Shown here one piece after another: positions 39,810 through 52,538 of a stretch of 63,728 nucleotides of DNA. The position numbers were made by a program, and so were the translations under genes. The stretch comes from Carcharhinus longimanus. Taxonomy: Eukaryota. The stretch lies in the NCBI GenBank assembly GCA_030264375.1, contig JASCQW010000081.1, positions 73,866,029 through 73,929,756 on the forward strand. The letters are read 5' to 3'. Each line of letters begins with the position of its first letter. Within the stretch, counting starts at the first letter, position 1. The notes under the pieces are model-generated. The model was not told the origin of the DNA, made no database searches, and was given only the letters and a program-made list of their open reading frames with translations.

Positions 39810-42800
39810 ACAGATCACAGATTCACAGAATGGTTACAGCACAAAAAAAGTCACTTAGCTCACCATGTGTGTGCTGGTTTGTTGAAAGACCAAAGATTCT
39901 CTGAAAGGGAATGGATTGCCATTCCCTTGCAGACCTGCATATTCTTCCTTTTTTGATAACAACCCAATTCCCTCTTGAATGCCTTGATTTGAGGCTACTT
40001 CCACCATACTCCCAGACAGGGCATTCCAGACATTAACAACTTGCAAGCATCATATTTTATTTTGCCAGTTACCTTAAATCTAAGCCCTCTGATAAACAAT
40101 CTTTCTACCAGTGGGAACTGCTCCCAATCTACACTGTCCAGATCCATCATGATTTTAAATACCTCATTCAAAACACATTAGAACATACGATTTAGGAGCA
40201 GAATATGTAGGAACATGTGATTTAGCAGCAGGAGTAGGCCACTTGACCCTTCGAACCTGCTCCGCCATTCAATATGATCATGACTGATCTGATTTTAACC
40301 TCAACTTCACATTCTTCTCGAGCCTTGACAATCTTTTAGCCCCTTGCTTATCAAAAATCTTTCTACCTCTGCCTTCAATATATTTAAGGACTCTGCCTCA
40401 ATCACCTTTTGAGGAAGAGAATTCCAGAGTCACTCAGCCCTCTGAGAGGAAAGATTTTTCCCTCATCTCTGTCCTAAATAAGAACATAAGAAATAGGAGC
40501 AGGAGTAGGCCATCTAGCCCTTCGAACCTGTCCCGCCATTCAATAAGATCATGGCTGATCTGCCGTGGCTCAGTTCCACTTTCCCGCCCTCTCCCCATAA
40601 CCCTTAATNNNNNNNNNNNNNNNNNNNNNNNNNNNNNNNNNNNNNNNNNNNNNNNNNNNNNNNNNNNNNNNNNNNNNNNNNNNNNNNNNNNNNNNNNNNN
40701 NNNNNNNNCTTGTCAAACGCTTTTTGAAATAGGTGACCCCTTACTTTGAAACAGTGAATCCTACTTCTAGATTTTCCCACAAGAGGAAAAGTCCTTTCCA
40801 AATCCACTCTGTCAAGTCCCCTCAGGGTCTTGTATGTTTCAATCAAGTCTCCTCTCACTCTTGTAACACCAGTCTAGTGTGTTGAGCCTTTCCTTATAGG
40901 ACAACCTGCCCATTCCAGGGATTAATATTAGTAAACCTTCTCTGAACTGCTTCTAATGCATTTACATCTTTCCTTAAATAAGGAGACCAATACTGTACAC
41001 AGTACTGTAGATGTGTTTTCTCCAATACTCTGTCACATTCTACTAGCTTTGCTAATTGATGCACCTACTTACTAATCTTTGCACCTCAGAGCTCTGCAAT
41101 CTGTCACCATTTGATGGTGTTGCTTTTTTATTCATCCTGCCAAAATGGACAACCTCACATTTTCCCACATTTTAATCAATTAATAAGATGTATACTCAAT
41201 CAAGTAACCTGTCTATATTCTCCTGTAGTCTCCTTCTGCCTCTTTACAACTTGATTTTCTACCTATCTTTGTGTCATCAGCAAATTTTGCAACCATACCA
41301 TCGGTCTCTTGATGCAAATCATTAATCTAAATTTTAGAGAGTTGAGGTCCCAATACTCATGCCCGTCATACTCATTGTTACATCCTGCCAACCAGATAAT
41401 GAGCCTTTTATGCCTACTGTTTCTTGTTAGTGAGCCAATCTTCTATCCATGGCAATATGTTACCACCTACACTGAGTTTTATTGTCCACAAAACCTTTGA
41501 GGTCTCTTATCAAATGTCTTCTGAAAATCTAAGTATGATACATCCACTGGTTCTCCTTTATCCCCAGCACCTGTTATTTACGGTTTCAAAGAAAGCCAAT
41601 AAATTGGCTAAACATGATTTAGCATAGCCAATCCACCTAACCTGCAAACATTTGGACTGTGGGAGAAAAGCGGAGTACCCGGAGGAAAGCCACACAGACA
41701 CGGGAAGAATATGCAAGCACCACACAGTCACTCAAGGGCACAATTGAGCCTGGGCCCCTGGAGCTGTAAAGCAGCAGTGCTAACNNNNNNNNNNNNNNNN
41801 NNNNNNNNNNNCCCAATCTAGGGATTTTGGAAGATAAAATCCAATGCATCAACTCTTTCTTCTTTTCACAGCTGAGAATGAAATCTATTAGGGCCCTCAG
41901 TTCCACTGGTTAGCTCAGTACCACTTCGCTGGTGATTGTAATTTTCTTGAATTCCTTCTTCCCTTCCAATTCTTGATTTACAGCTATTTCTGAGAGGTTA
42001 CTTGTTTCTTCACTAGTGAAGACTGTTGCAAAATATTTATTCAATCCATCTGTTAAATCCTTATTTTCCATTACGAACTCCCAAGGTTCACTTTCTATAG
42101 GTCAACACTCAGTTTGTTAATTTTTTAACAATCTATTAAAACTCTGTTTGTCTTTATCATAGAATCCCATAGAAGAGGCCATTCAGCCAATCAAGTCTAC
42201 GCTGACTCTCTGACAGAGCCTTCTCCCTCACTTTATCCCTGTAATCCCGCACATTTACCATAACTAATCCCATCTAACCAACATATCTTGGGACACTAAA
42301 GGCAAATTTAGCACGTCCAATCCATCTAACTTGCATATCTTTGTGTGGGAGGAAACTGGAGCACTCGGAGGAAACCCACGCAGGCACACGGAGAATGTGC
42401 AAACTCCACACAGACAGTCACCCAAGGCTGGAACTTTAGGTGGATTGGCCATACTAAATCATGTTTAACCAATTTATTGATGTTCTTTGAAATAGTAACA
42501 GGTGCTGGGGATAAAGGAGAACCGGTGTGCGTACTGTAGTTTGATTTTCAGAAGGCATTTGATAAGAGGCCTCAGGGGTCCCTGGTGCTGTGAGGCAGCA
42601 GTGCTAACCACTGTGCCACCATACTACCCCAATGTATTTCTAATTAACTTTCTCTCGCCTCCTTATTAATCTTTAGTAATTCTTTACTGTTTTTCACATT
42701 CTGCCCAATCTTCTGATCTATCATCCATCCTTACAAAATGATATGCTTTTGCTTCAAATTTGATATTATCTTTGATTTTTTGTTTGGTTAACTACCGATG

Positions 42801-42830
42801 GTGGATCATCCCTTTGGGATTTTACCTTCT
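39810..42830 (-). mobile_element. Cluster of nested CR1 fragments with HE1-type SINEs (~41620-41784, ~42158-42630)
   Basis: MRGDLIETYKTLRGLDRVD; repeated AGAACATAAGAAATAGGAGCAGGAGTAGGCC tails; SINE cores GGAGAATGTGCAAACTCCACACAG. Confidence 0.75.
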
Positions 42831-43912
42831 TGTCCTCTTGCTCTCAACCTTCAATTCTCTAGAAAAATGGTCCCCAGTTATTCGCTTTATCTATGTAACT
42901 GAAGTGAATCAAATCAGGAAAACAGGTGGCATTGAACAATAAGTCGTCCAGGTAGAATGAGTGTTTCTCATTGAGTTATGGTTGGCATCTATGTGAAAAT
43001 CAGTGGATTTTTTTTCTCTTTTGCACATTCCTTTATTAAAGCTGGTGGCAGAAACCCCAAAGTATGTTTCCCATGAATGTGGTGTGAAACCAGTCTTCCA
43101 ATTTTTTCCAAGTTCAGATACCCTCGAGGCATGATACTAGAAAACTCTTGGGAAACACATTTCTTCTGTCAGGCCAAATAGCCAAACCTTGAGAAACATG
43201 GAATTACATGCTATATTGAGGTCTCTTTATTTTTTTTTATATTAAGAGTTTCAAAATAAAATGTAGCCTTAAAGTTTTTAGTTTCAAGAGATCTGGACAA
43301 TTTTAACCTTTTGTGGATTATCTTACTCTGCAGAGTCAGGATGTGTTGAATCTAAATTAAGGTTATGGTAACAGAAGGCAACATTCTTGGTTTTCACTTC
43401 TTCCGAGGATGTATCTTTTTAAAGCTTCACTCACTTTATTTCTCCATTATCTATGCCATTTTTCCCATAAACTGCAAATTTGAGCTGTTATTCTGTTTTA
43501 CAGTTCCGCCAAACCTTCACAGATCTGCTGATTTGATTTTTTTGGTGCAATTTGGCTTTTTTGAAAAGGACCACTGAAACAAAATGATTATGATCTTTAT
43601 AGATGTTTGTGTGTGTTCAGAATTAAAAATAGTCCTACAAGTGAATAGAATTTGTTTGCACTTCCAGTTTCCTATGAATCATGTCCTCATTCGATCATCT
43701 GACATTTATGCTAGTTGAATTCCTAATGCAAGATCATTCCTTCACTGCAGTTTTGTAAATACAAACTTAGACGATGTTTACTTGTTTCATTTGTATTGTG
43801 GTTAGATTGTGATTTTTAATCAGCAAATGGACTTTGTTTATTTCCATTGGTTGGTAAATAAATGCTTTGTCCCATTTTTCATATTTTGTGCTCCTGTCAT
43901 ATTGGAGAATCA

Positions 43913-44073
43913 TGATGTGGAGATGCCAGCATTGGACTGGGGTAAACAAGGAAGTCTCACAACACCAGGTTAAAGTCCAACAGGTTTATTTGGTAATAAA
44001 GCTTTGAAGCTAGTGCCATTTACTACCAAATAAACCTGCTGGACTTTAACCTGGTGTTGTGAGACTTATTACT
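43913..44073. mobile_element. Fold-back Penelope terminal insertion with 14-bp TSD
   Basis: 49-bp inverted arms at 43952-44000 and 44019-44067. Flanked by ATATTGGAGAATCA at 43899-43912 and 44074-44087. Confidence 0.85.
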
Positions 44074-44144
44074 ATATTGGAGAATCACCATGGATTTGTG
44101 GCATATGCTTGATACTGATAATTCGATATATTTAGAAGTTTAGA

Positions 44145-45240
44145 ATGTGATTTTATTTATTATTGTGTTACTGAGAGTAAAAAGTATTGTTTCTTGTGCG
44201 CTGTACAGGTAAAAGTTAAAGTACATCGGGGGAAAAAGATAGGGTACAGAATATGGTGTTGCATTTACAGGCAAGGTGAAGAAAAAGATCAGCTTAATAT
44301 ATGATAGAACCATTTAAAAATCTGATGACAGCAGGGAAGAAGCTGCTCCAGGTTTTCAGACTTTCGTATATTTTTCCCGCAAAGAACGTGGAACAGAATA
44401 TATTGAGGGTGCATGGGGAACTGGATTATGCTGACAGCTTGCCCAAATCAGCAGGAAGTATAGATGGAATCAGTGGATGGGAGGCTGGTTTGGTTGGGGT
44501 ACATTTTCAACCGTTGTAGCTTCCTACAATCTTGGTCAGAGCAGGAGCTGTAGCAAGCTGTGACAGCATCCTAAATGGTGCATCTGTAAAAATTGTTAAG
44601 AGTCATCATGGACATGCCAAATTTCCTTTGCCTTCTGACAAAGTCGAGCCATTAGTATGGCAGGATCAGAACAGATCATTCGTGTTCTGAATGAACACTT
44701 AGAAACTTGTAGCTCTTGACCACCTCCAATCCAGGACTGTTAATGCAGGCAGCGGCATACCCTGCCCTATTCTTCCTGAAGTTGATGACTACCTTCTTTT
44801 TACTGACATTGAGGGACAAATTATTGTCGTTGCACCATTTCACCACATTATTTTTCTCTTTCCTGTACTCCATCTCATCATTGTTTGTTCGAGATTTGAA
44901 CCATGACAGTGGTATTGTCAGCAAACTTGAAAATGGAACACAATTTGGCCACACAGTCATAAGTGTATAAAGAGTATAGTAAGGGGTTGAGTACACAGTC
45001 TTGTGGGTCACCAGTATTGAGGATAATCACGGGAGAGGCCTATCCTTACTGATTGCTATCTATTGATTAGGAAGTCGAGGATCCAGTCGCAGAGGGAGGA
45101 ACAGAACCCAAGGCCATGGAGTTTGGAAATTACTTTTTGTTTGAATTAGGTTGTTGAAGGCTGAGCTGTAGTCAATAAATAGGAGTCTGACACAAATGTC
45201 CTTGTTATCCAGGTGGTCCGATGTGAGTTTAAGGCCAAGG
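44145..45240 (-). mobile_element. Rex1/Babar-type LINE fragment
   Basis: NNDEMEYRKE...WCNDNNLSLNVSKKK..INFRK...EVVKSYKFL; 3' end similar to positions 1-185. Confidence 0.7.
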
Positions 45241-45509
45241 CATGTTGGTTTGTTTAAAAATTTTACATCCTTTCCTTAGTAGGAAAAGCTCTGAGTTTGT
45301 TAGCGTTGTTTCATTATTGCTTCTTGATCAAGAAGACCATGAGAGCTGGCTTTCTTTATGTTTGATTCTTGACAGCGAACGAGACACTAATCAACTGCTA
45401 GGGTGCCCTGTGGTGGATTTTGACTGTTTTCCAAAAACAAATTTGGGACAGTGTTGATGTACAAGGCAAGTGCATGCAGAGAGGTCTAACAAATGAAGTC
45501 ACCAGGATG

Positions 45510-46012
45510 AACATAGAACACTACAGCACAAACAGGCCCTTCGGCCCACAAGTTGTGCCGATCACATCCATACCTACCAAACCATAGAACTATCTGTAAC
45601 TCCCAATCCCATTAGATCCCATGTACTCATCCAGAAGTCTTTTAAAAGACCCCAGCGANNNNNNNNNNNNNNNNNNNNNNNNNNNNNNNNNNNNNNNNNN
45701 NNNNNNNNNNNNNNNNNNNNNNNNNNNNNNNNNNNNNNNNNNNNNNNNNNNNNNNNNNTATCCGCGTTGAAGTCCATCTGCCACTTCTCCGCCCAGTCTT
45801 GCATCCTATCTATTTCACGCTGCAACTTCTGACATCCCTCCAGACTATCCACAACGCCACCATCCTTCGTATCGTTGGAGAACTTGCTAACCCATCCCTC
45901 CACTTCCTCATCCAGGTCAATTTATGAAAATGACAAACAGCAAGGGTCTCAGAACAGTTCCCTGGGGCACTCCACTGGTGACCGACCTCCATGCAGAAAC
46001 AGACCCATCCAC
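45510..46012 (-). mobile_element. CR1 LINE fragment spanning a gap
   Basis: EGWVSKFSNDTK...LQREIDRMQDWAEKWQMDFN; tail ACATAGAACACTACAGCAC. Confidence 0.8.
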
Positions 46013-46769
46013 AACCTGAAACTGGTTGAAATGCAAATGATTGAGGACTTTAAGTTGTTTTTGCAAAAAACTTTGAACAAATCAACAGTTCTTCAACCTG
46101 TCTTCATAGTGAAGTACACATTTCCCATCTGTTTCCCTATTGATTGCTAGGGTTGATTTGGCTGATCTGGCTGCCTGGGCCGGTGTCCCCCTTCCCTCAT
46201 AGCTCCAAGTGTGTCCCTCCTGAAGCTCAGCGCTCAGTCGCAGAGGATGACCTGCGAGAAGAGGACTGCTCCACCGGTCCAGGGTATATGACGTTGCTAC
46301 ACGCCACTGCTAGGCTAAACCTCCAATACCATTTGTAGCACGGGGAGATCTTTGCTCCTGAGCCTTTGCAGGAAGAGGCTGACACAGAATCTCCCGTCCA
46401 TTTGTGAGCATTGTTACAGTTCAGAAAACAGGCAGAAACATATGTATTGTTTTAAAGAGAGGTGTATGGGCAAATTTGCACTCCTTGTGGAGGATGAAAA
46501 TTGAGGAAAATCATTGCAAGTTATTTTGAATCAAACAAGAGAGGGGAGCACAGAGTGGTATGATGAAGACAACGTGCTTCGGAGATTGATTGCTAACATG
46601 GGAACTTAGTGTAGATGGGATATCTCTGGTAAGCTTTTCTTCAGCTATAATTTAGGTTAACAGTCAGACCGATGACTTTGAACTTCAAAACTACAAGGTA
46701 TTAAGAAAACCTAGTTTAACAAAAACTGCCTGATAGTGGCAGTTATCTGTCAATCATTTAAAAGTATTT

Positions 46770-47620
46770 TTGAAAAATAATTTACAGGATACATGTATCT
46801 TGCATTTATTGCCCATTCCTGATTGTTCTTGAGAAGTTGGTGGTGAGCTGCCTTCTTGAGCCATTGCCATCCCTGTGATGCAGCTAGATCCACAGTTCTG
46901 TTAGTGAGGCAGTTCCAGGACTTTGACCCAACAACAGTGAAAGAATGGTGAAATATTTCCAGATCAGAATGGTCAGTGTTTTGGATAGGAAATTGCAAGT
47001 GGTGGTGTTCCCATGTGTCAACTGCCCATGTCCATCTAGATGATAACAGAAGGTGTTGCTGAAGAGCCTTGATGAAATGTGTCTTGCTGATGGTTCACTG
47101 CTCATTGGTGGTGGAGGGAGCACATGTTTGTGGAAAGGGTATCAAGGCTGCTTTGTCTTGGACGGTGTCCAGCTTCTTAAGTGTTATTGGATCCAGGCAA
47201 GTGAAGAGTGTTCCATCACATTGCTGAATTGTTCCTCGTAGATGGTGGACAAGTTTTGGGAAGTCTGGAAGTGAGTTACTTGCTGCTGAATTCCCAGCCT
47301 CTGACCTGTTGTTTTAGCCACAATATTTATATGGCTTATCCAGTTCAGTTTCTAATCATTATTAACCCCCAGGATGTTAATAGTGGGGGATTCAGCAAAG
47401 GTAATATCATTGAATGTTAAAGGGACGACGGTTAGATCTCTCTTGTTCAAGATTGGTCATTGTTTGGCACTTGTGTCACACTTGTCAGCCCAAGACTAGA
47501 TGTTGTCCAGATCTTACTGCATTTGGACATGTGTGAATGGTACTGAACGTGGTGCAATCAGCCGCAAAGACCGTGACTTCTGGCATTCCAATGAATGAAA
47601 ACTCATTGATGAAACAGTAG
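46770..47620 (-). mobile_element. CR1/L2-group LINE 3' fragment; related copy at ~61800-62650
   Basis: HSFTVVGSKSWNCL...WLKKAAHHQLL C-terminus. 47240-47480 aligns with 61930-62170. The tail resembles that of the SINE at 59408-59755. Confidence 0.6.
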
Positions 47621-47649
47621 CATTCTATTACCTTTACTAATTACTTGCT

Positions 47650-48168
47650 GTACCTATTATAGGATATTATTGAACTAGAAAGAGTGCAGTCAAGATTTAC
47701 TTGGATGCTACCAGGACTTGCAGCTTTGAGTTATAAGGAGAGGCTGGATAGATTGGGACTCTTTTCTCTGGAGCATAGAAGGCTGAGGGGTGATCTTATA
47801 GAGGTCAATAAAATAATGAGGGACGTAGATCAGCTTGATCGTCAATATCTTTTCCCAAAGGTAGGGGAGTCTAAAACGAGAGGGCATAGGTTTAAGGTGA
47901 GAGGAAAGAGATACCAAAGTGTCCAGTGGAACAATTTTTTCACACACAGGGTGGTGAGTGTCTGGAACAAGCTGCCAGAGTTAGGAGTAGAGGCGGGTAC
48001 AATTTTATCTTTTAAAAAGCATTTAGGCAGTTACATGGGTAACTTGGGTATAGAGGGATATGGGCCAAATGCGGGCAATTGGAACTAGCTTAGGGGTTTA
48101 AAAAAAAAGGGCAGCATGGACAAATTAGGCCGAAGGACCTGTTTCCATGCTGTAAGCCTCTGACTTTA
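47650..48168 (+). mobile_element. CR1 3' fragment with little decay
   Basis: ORF 47684-48088 SYKERLDRLGLFSLEHRRLRGDLIEV...FFTHRVVSVWNKLP; highly similar to 29100-29600. Confidence 0.9.
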
Positions 48169-48169
48169 T

Positions 48170-50870
48170 GACCTGCATACTAACGTTTTGTGATTCATAT
48201 GTTCGGACAGCCAGATCTCTCTGCACCTCAGAGCTCTGCAATATCTATCATTCAGGTAATCAGCTTCATTTTTACTTTTCCTGCCAAAATGGGCAATTTC
48301 ACTTTTACCTACATTACACTAGATTTACCAGATCTTTACCATTTGCTTAACCCATTTATATCCCTTCATAGCCTCCTTATATCCTGCACATATCTTAGTT
48401 TCCTACTTAGCTTTTTGAATCAAGGAATCCTGCAATATATTGAATTAAACCAATACATCAACTATCTCACTTCCTTCTGCTTTCAAGGCCCAAGAATGAA
48501 GTCTGTCAGGACGTGGGGATTTGCCTGCCACCTGTTCCAACAATTTGTGAAGTACCACTTCCCTGATGATTGTAGTTTTCCTGAGTACTTTCCACCCTTC
48601 TGTTTCCTTATTTACAACAATTTCTGAGATGTTACTTGTGATCTGTATAATGGAGACTGATACAAAATATCTGTTCACTGTCTCCTTACTCTGTATTACT
48701 AACTCCCAATTCTCACTTTCTTTAGGACCAACGCTCACTTCTTTAAATTTCCTTTCTAAAATATTTATAGAAACTGTTACAATCTGACTTTCTACTTCTT
48801 GCTAGCTTTCTTTTATGCTCTAATATTTCCATCCTTATTAATCTTTTAGTCATTCTTTTTTTCTAATATTCTGCCCAGTCTTCTGACCTGCCAGGCATAT
48901 TTGTGTAATTATATGCTTTTTCTTCAAGTTTGATATATTTTTCAACTTTTTTTAGATCACCACGGATGTGGGGTTCACACCTTAGAATTGTTCTTTCTCA
49001 TTGGAATGTGTCTATTGTGTATTGTCTGAAATATTCCCTTAACTGTCTGCCATTGTATCTCTTGATCTATCTCTTAACCTAATTTGCCAGCTCACTTTAG
49101 CTAGCTTGACTTTCATACCCTCATAATTACCCTTATTTAAACTTAAAATACTAATCATGGACCCACTCTTTTCTTCCTCAAACTGAATATAACTTTCAAT
49201 CATGTTAGGATTGCTGCTATAAAGTAACACCTTCATTGAGGTAATTCATTAATTCTATCTCATTGCATAATAGCAGATCTAGGGTAGCTTGCTCTTTGCT
49301 TGGTGCCAGAACATGTTGTTCTAAGAAATTGTTGCAAAAACACTGTGAATTCCTCATCTCAGCTATCTTTGTCCATCTGGTATTTCAAATCTATATTTAG
49401 ATTAAAATGTTTCAAATCTATATTTAGATTAAAATCTTCCATGATCATTGCTGTATCTTACTTAAAAGCTCTTTTATACTCTGTCTTGCTATATAGTTAC
49501 AATTTGGTGGGTGGCCTGCATACCACTCCCTTAAGTGACTTATTGTCTTTGTAACTTGAGCTCCACCCAAACTGATTCTGCATCCTAATTTCCTCAGCTT
49601 CAGTTATTCCTTTCTATTCTGCTTGTACTATCAGGAATTAACACAATGACCCCTCCACATTTTCCTCACTTCCAGTCCTTCTTAAATGCCCTGTACTGCT
49701 CAATATTGAGAACCCAATCTATGTCATCCTACAGCCATGCCTCAGTTAAGGCTGTCAGATCATTGTTATTTATTTCTTCGAGTTCTCAATTCCTCTGCTT
49801 TTGTTTCAAATGCTGCCTGCGTACAGAAACTGGACTTAGATTTTGCCCTCTTTGTTATTTTTGTAACCTCTAGTCTTACCTGCTGATTACTCTTGGTTTT
49901 CTACTCTCTTTCTCTTCCTTTTATTGTCTGTTTCTTACTTCCCCTACTAATTCCTTGCTGTCCTGCCTTGTCTCTACTCTTTGATTTGTCACATCTTCCC
50001 ACATTTAATTCCTTTCTCCACTATTTAATTTAAAACCCAATCTACTATCCTAGATATACAGCTCACTGGAACATTGATCCAAGCATGGTTCACATATAGA
50101 CCATCTCAGCAGAATGGTCTCTATTTTCTCTGGGACAGGTATAGGTGACCTGTGAACCAGAACACTAGGCTTTGAGCCATGCATTTATCTTGCTAATCTT
50201 ATTTGCCTTATGCTAGCTAGCTAATAGTCCAGAGATTATTACCTTGAAGTTCTGTGTTTTAATTTAGTGCCGAGCTCCTCATGTTGTCTACGTAGAATTT
50301 CTTTCCTAGTCTTTGGCATTGGTACATGAATGAATCATGATCATTGGATGCTCCCCTTCTCACTGCAAGTTCCTCTTCATCTGTGCACAGATATCCCGAA
50401 CCCTGGCACTAGGCACACAATACAGCCGTGTGGACTCTGCTCTTGATTGCAAATAACAGTATGCGACTGTGCTGTCTCCTAACACTACCATGTTCCTCTT
50501 CACTCCTCCAACTTGAATGGCATCCTTCACCATGGTGCTATGGTCAGTCTGCTCATCCACCTGTAGTCCTTCTCCTGATGTACACACATTGCAGTAACTT
50601 CAAAGCTATTGGGCAAATTCGGTGGCTGAAGCTGCTCCATCACTTCATGATGGTTCCTTTACCTGCCTGACCTGCAGTCACACATCCTGCTGTTCACGAC
50701 CAGCGACCAGTTCTGCCTGACCTAAGGGGAGTGATTACCTGCTGCTTCAAAGATCACTTGGAACTGAAGTTGCCTAAACTGCACTTTCTGCAGAAATGGT
50801 TATCCGAGATTGTACTGCATTCCACAGACTCCTCTGTAGTGCCATCACATCACACCACCAAACCTGCCAT
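48170..50870 (-). mobile_element. Old CR1 fragments including an ORF1 esterase-like region
   Basis: GKSPRPDRLHSWALK and LNKGNYEGMKVKLAKVSW (ORF2). NMVVLGDSTV...CVPSARVRDI matches the GDS motif of the CR1 ORF1 SGNH esterase. Confidence 0.7.
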
Positions 50871-50907
50871 TTTTGTCCAACCGTATTTAGTTAATTAGTC
50901 AACTAAT

Positions 50908-51084
50908 GGGTGTATATGGTAATATCTTTGGGGGAACATGTTGTGTCCTTTTCAGGACGGTTTGTCCATCCTTTGTCCCCACCTGGCACTCAGCTCTCAC
51001 CTGTGGTTCCCCATAGCTGTTTGCATGCGACAGCGGCCACACCCTGGGCAACGGCCTCGAGAAGCTGGCTAAACCAGGTGAGGG
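50908..51084 (+). ncRNA. Putative HDV-like self-cleaving ribozyme at the RTE 5' end
   Basis: Manual fold: P1 GGGTGT (50908-50913)/ACACCC(T) (51039-51045); P2 CTCTCACCTG (50994-51003)/CAGGTGAGGG (51075-51084); P3 GGT (51005-51007)/GCC (51036-51038); L3 begins TCC and ends G; P1.1 CC (51009-51010)/GG (51046-51047); GCAA linker; P4 CGGC (51052-51055)/GCTG (51064-51067); J4/2 GCTAA with C51069. Confidence 0.7.
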
Positions 51085-52538
51085 TAGCTGACGGGTCTCA
51101 ACCCTCAGTGGGATAGGGAATTGTCTATCCTAGCATGTGAAGACAGAGTCTGGTGGATTGAGCGGACAGGTCCAATGGTCAAGAAGGTAGTCTCTGCAAG
51201 CGTCGTGGAACACGAAGAGCAGGACAAGACACAGAAGACGTCCTGGTCATCCACTGAGCGTAGCCCCACCTCCAGCTGTCTTGACTCTTGTCTTGCCACT
51301 GGATATAGATGGGAATTGGGAAGAGAGAGTGAGGCTGACACTGCGCAACTCTTCCTCACTTTAATCTGAATCAAGCGCTAGTTTCAACACCATCATCATC
51401 AGTGTCCTGTTCAACCCTTGAAGTCCTGTGACGATGGGCAAGTGACGAAGCAGCAGGCATGGATACACTGGGAGCTGTAGTCACAGACCTGCACGGGCAA
51501 TCGGCAAGTATGCAACAACCACCAAGGAATCTCGCTGCTCTCCATCAGAGGAAAAGCCCTCGCAAGAGTCCTGGTCACTCATCCGGAGCTGGGCCTGCTT
51601 CCAGAATCACAGTGTGGCTTCCCCAAAGGTTGTGGGACTACTGGCATGATTTTTGCTGCGCGCCAACTTCAAAAGAAGTGTCAGGAGCAGAATCGCAAGC
51701 TCTACACAACCTTTGTTGATCTAGCAAAAGTCTTCGACACTGTAAACCGATAAGGCCTCTGGAGGATCATGTCAAAGTTCGGCTGCCCCCCAAGTACATT
51801 CAGATGGTACGCCAGTTCCATGATGGTATGATGGCCAGACTACTGAATGGCGGAGAATCCTCTGAGGCATTCCCAGTCACCAGTGGCGTCACACAGGGCT
51901 GTGCGCTCGCACCCACACTGTTCAGCATGATGTTTACTGCCATGCTGAATGATGCCTTCCAGTACAGTGTTGCTGGAATCGACCTCAAATACAGAGTAGA
52001 TGGGAAGCTCTTCAACCTGAGGAGACTTCAAACTATTATCAAAGTGAAAGAGACTGTTCTGAGAGATTTCCTCTTTGCCGATGACTGCGCCCTGTACGCT
52101 GACTCAGATCCAGAGATGCAAGTCAGTATGGACAAATTTTCCACGGCTTGTGACAACTTTGGACTCAGCATCAACATTAAAAAGACCGAAGTCATGTACC
52201 AGCCTGTTCCTCATGCACCGTACACAGAACCCATAATCACAATCAAAGGGCAGAAACTGCAGGCAGTGGACCAGTTCACTTATCTTGGCAGCACCCTCTC
52301 CCAAGCAGTGACTATTGATACAGAAGTTAACTGCAGNNNNNNNNNNNNNNNNNNNNNNNNNNNNNNNNNNNNNNNNNNNNNNNNNNNNNNNNNNNNNNNN
52401 NNNNNNNNNNNNNNNNNNNNNNNNNNNNNNNNNNNNCCCAAATTGGCCTGATCAGTCATCTTCGGACACACTGCAACCAGCCTCAAAATGACTAATGGTG
52501 TCGAGGTCCTCATTGATGATGATGGACGAACAACAACA
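50908..52538 (+). mobile_element. RTE-clade LINE, 5' UTR retained, endonuclease deleted, with TSD
   Basis: RT motifs GISLLSI-GK-LARVL, QCGF, FVDLAKVFDTVNR, VRQFHDGM, GVTQGCALAPTLF, FLFADDCAL and FTYLGSTLS; (CAA)n tail. Flanked by AGTCAACTA(A/G)T at 50897-50907 and 52539-52549. Confidence 0.9.
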
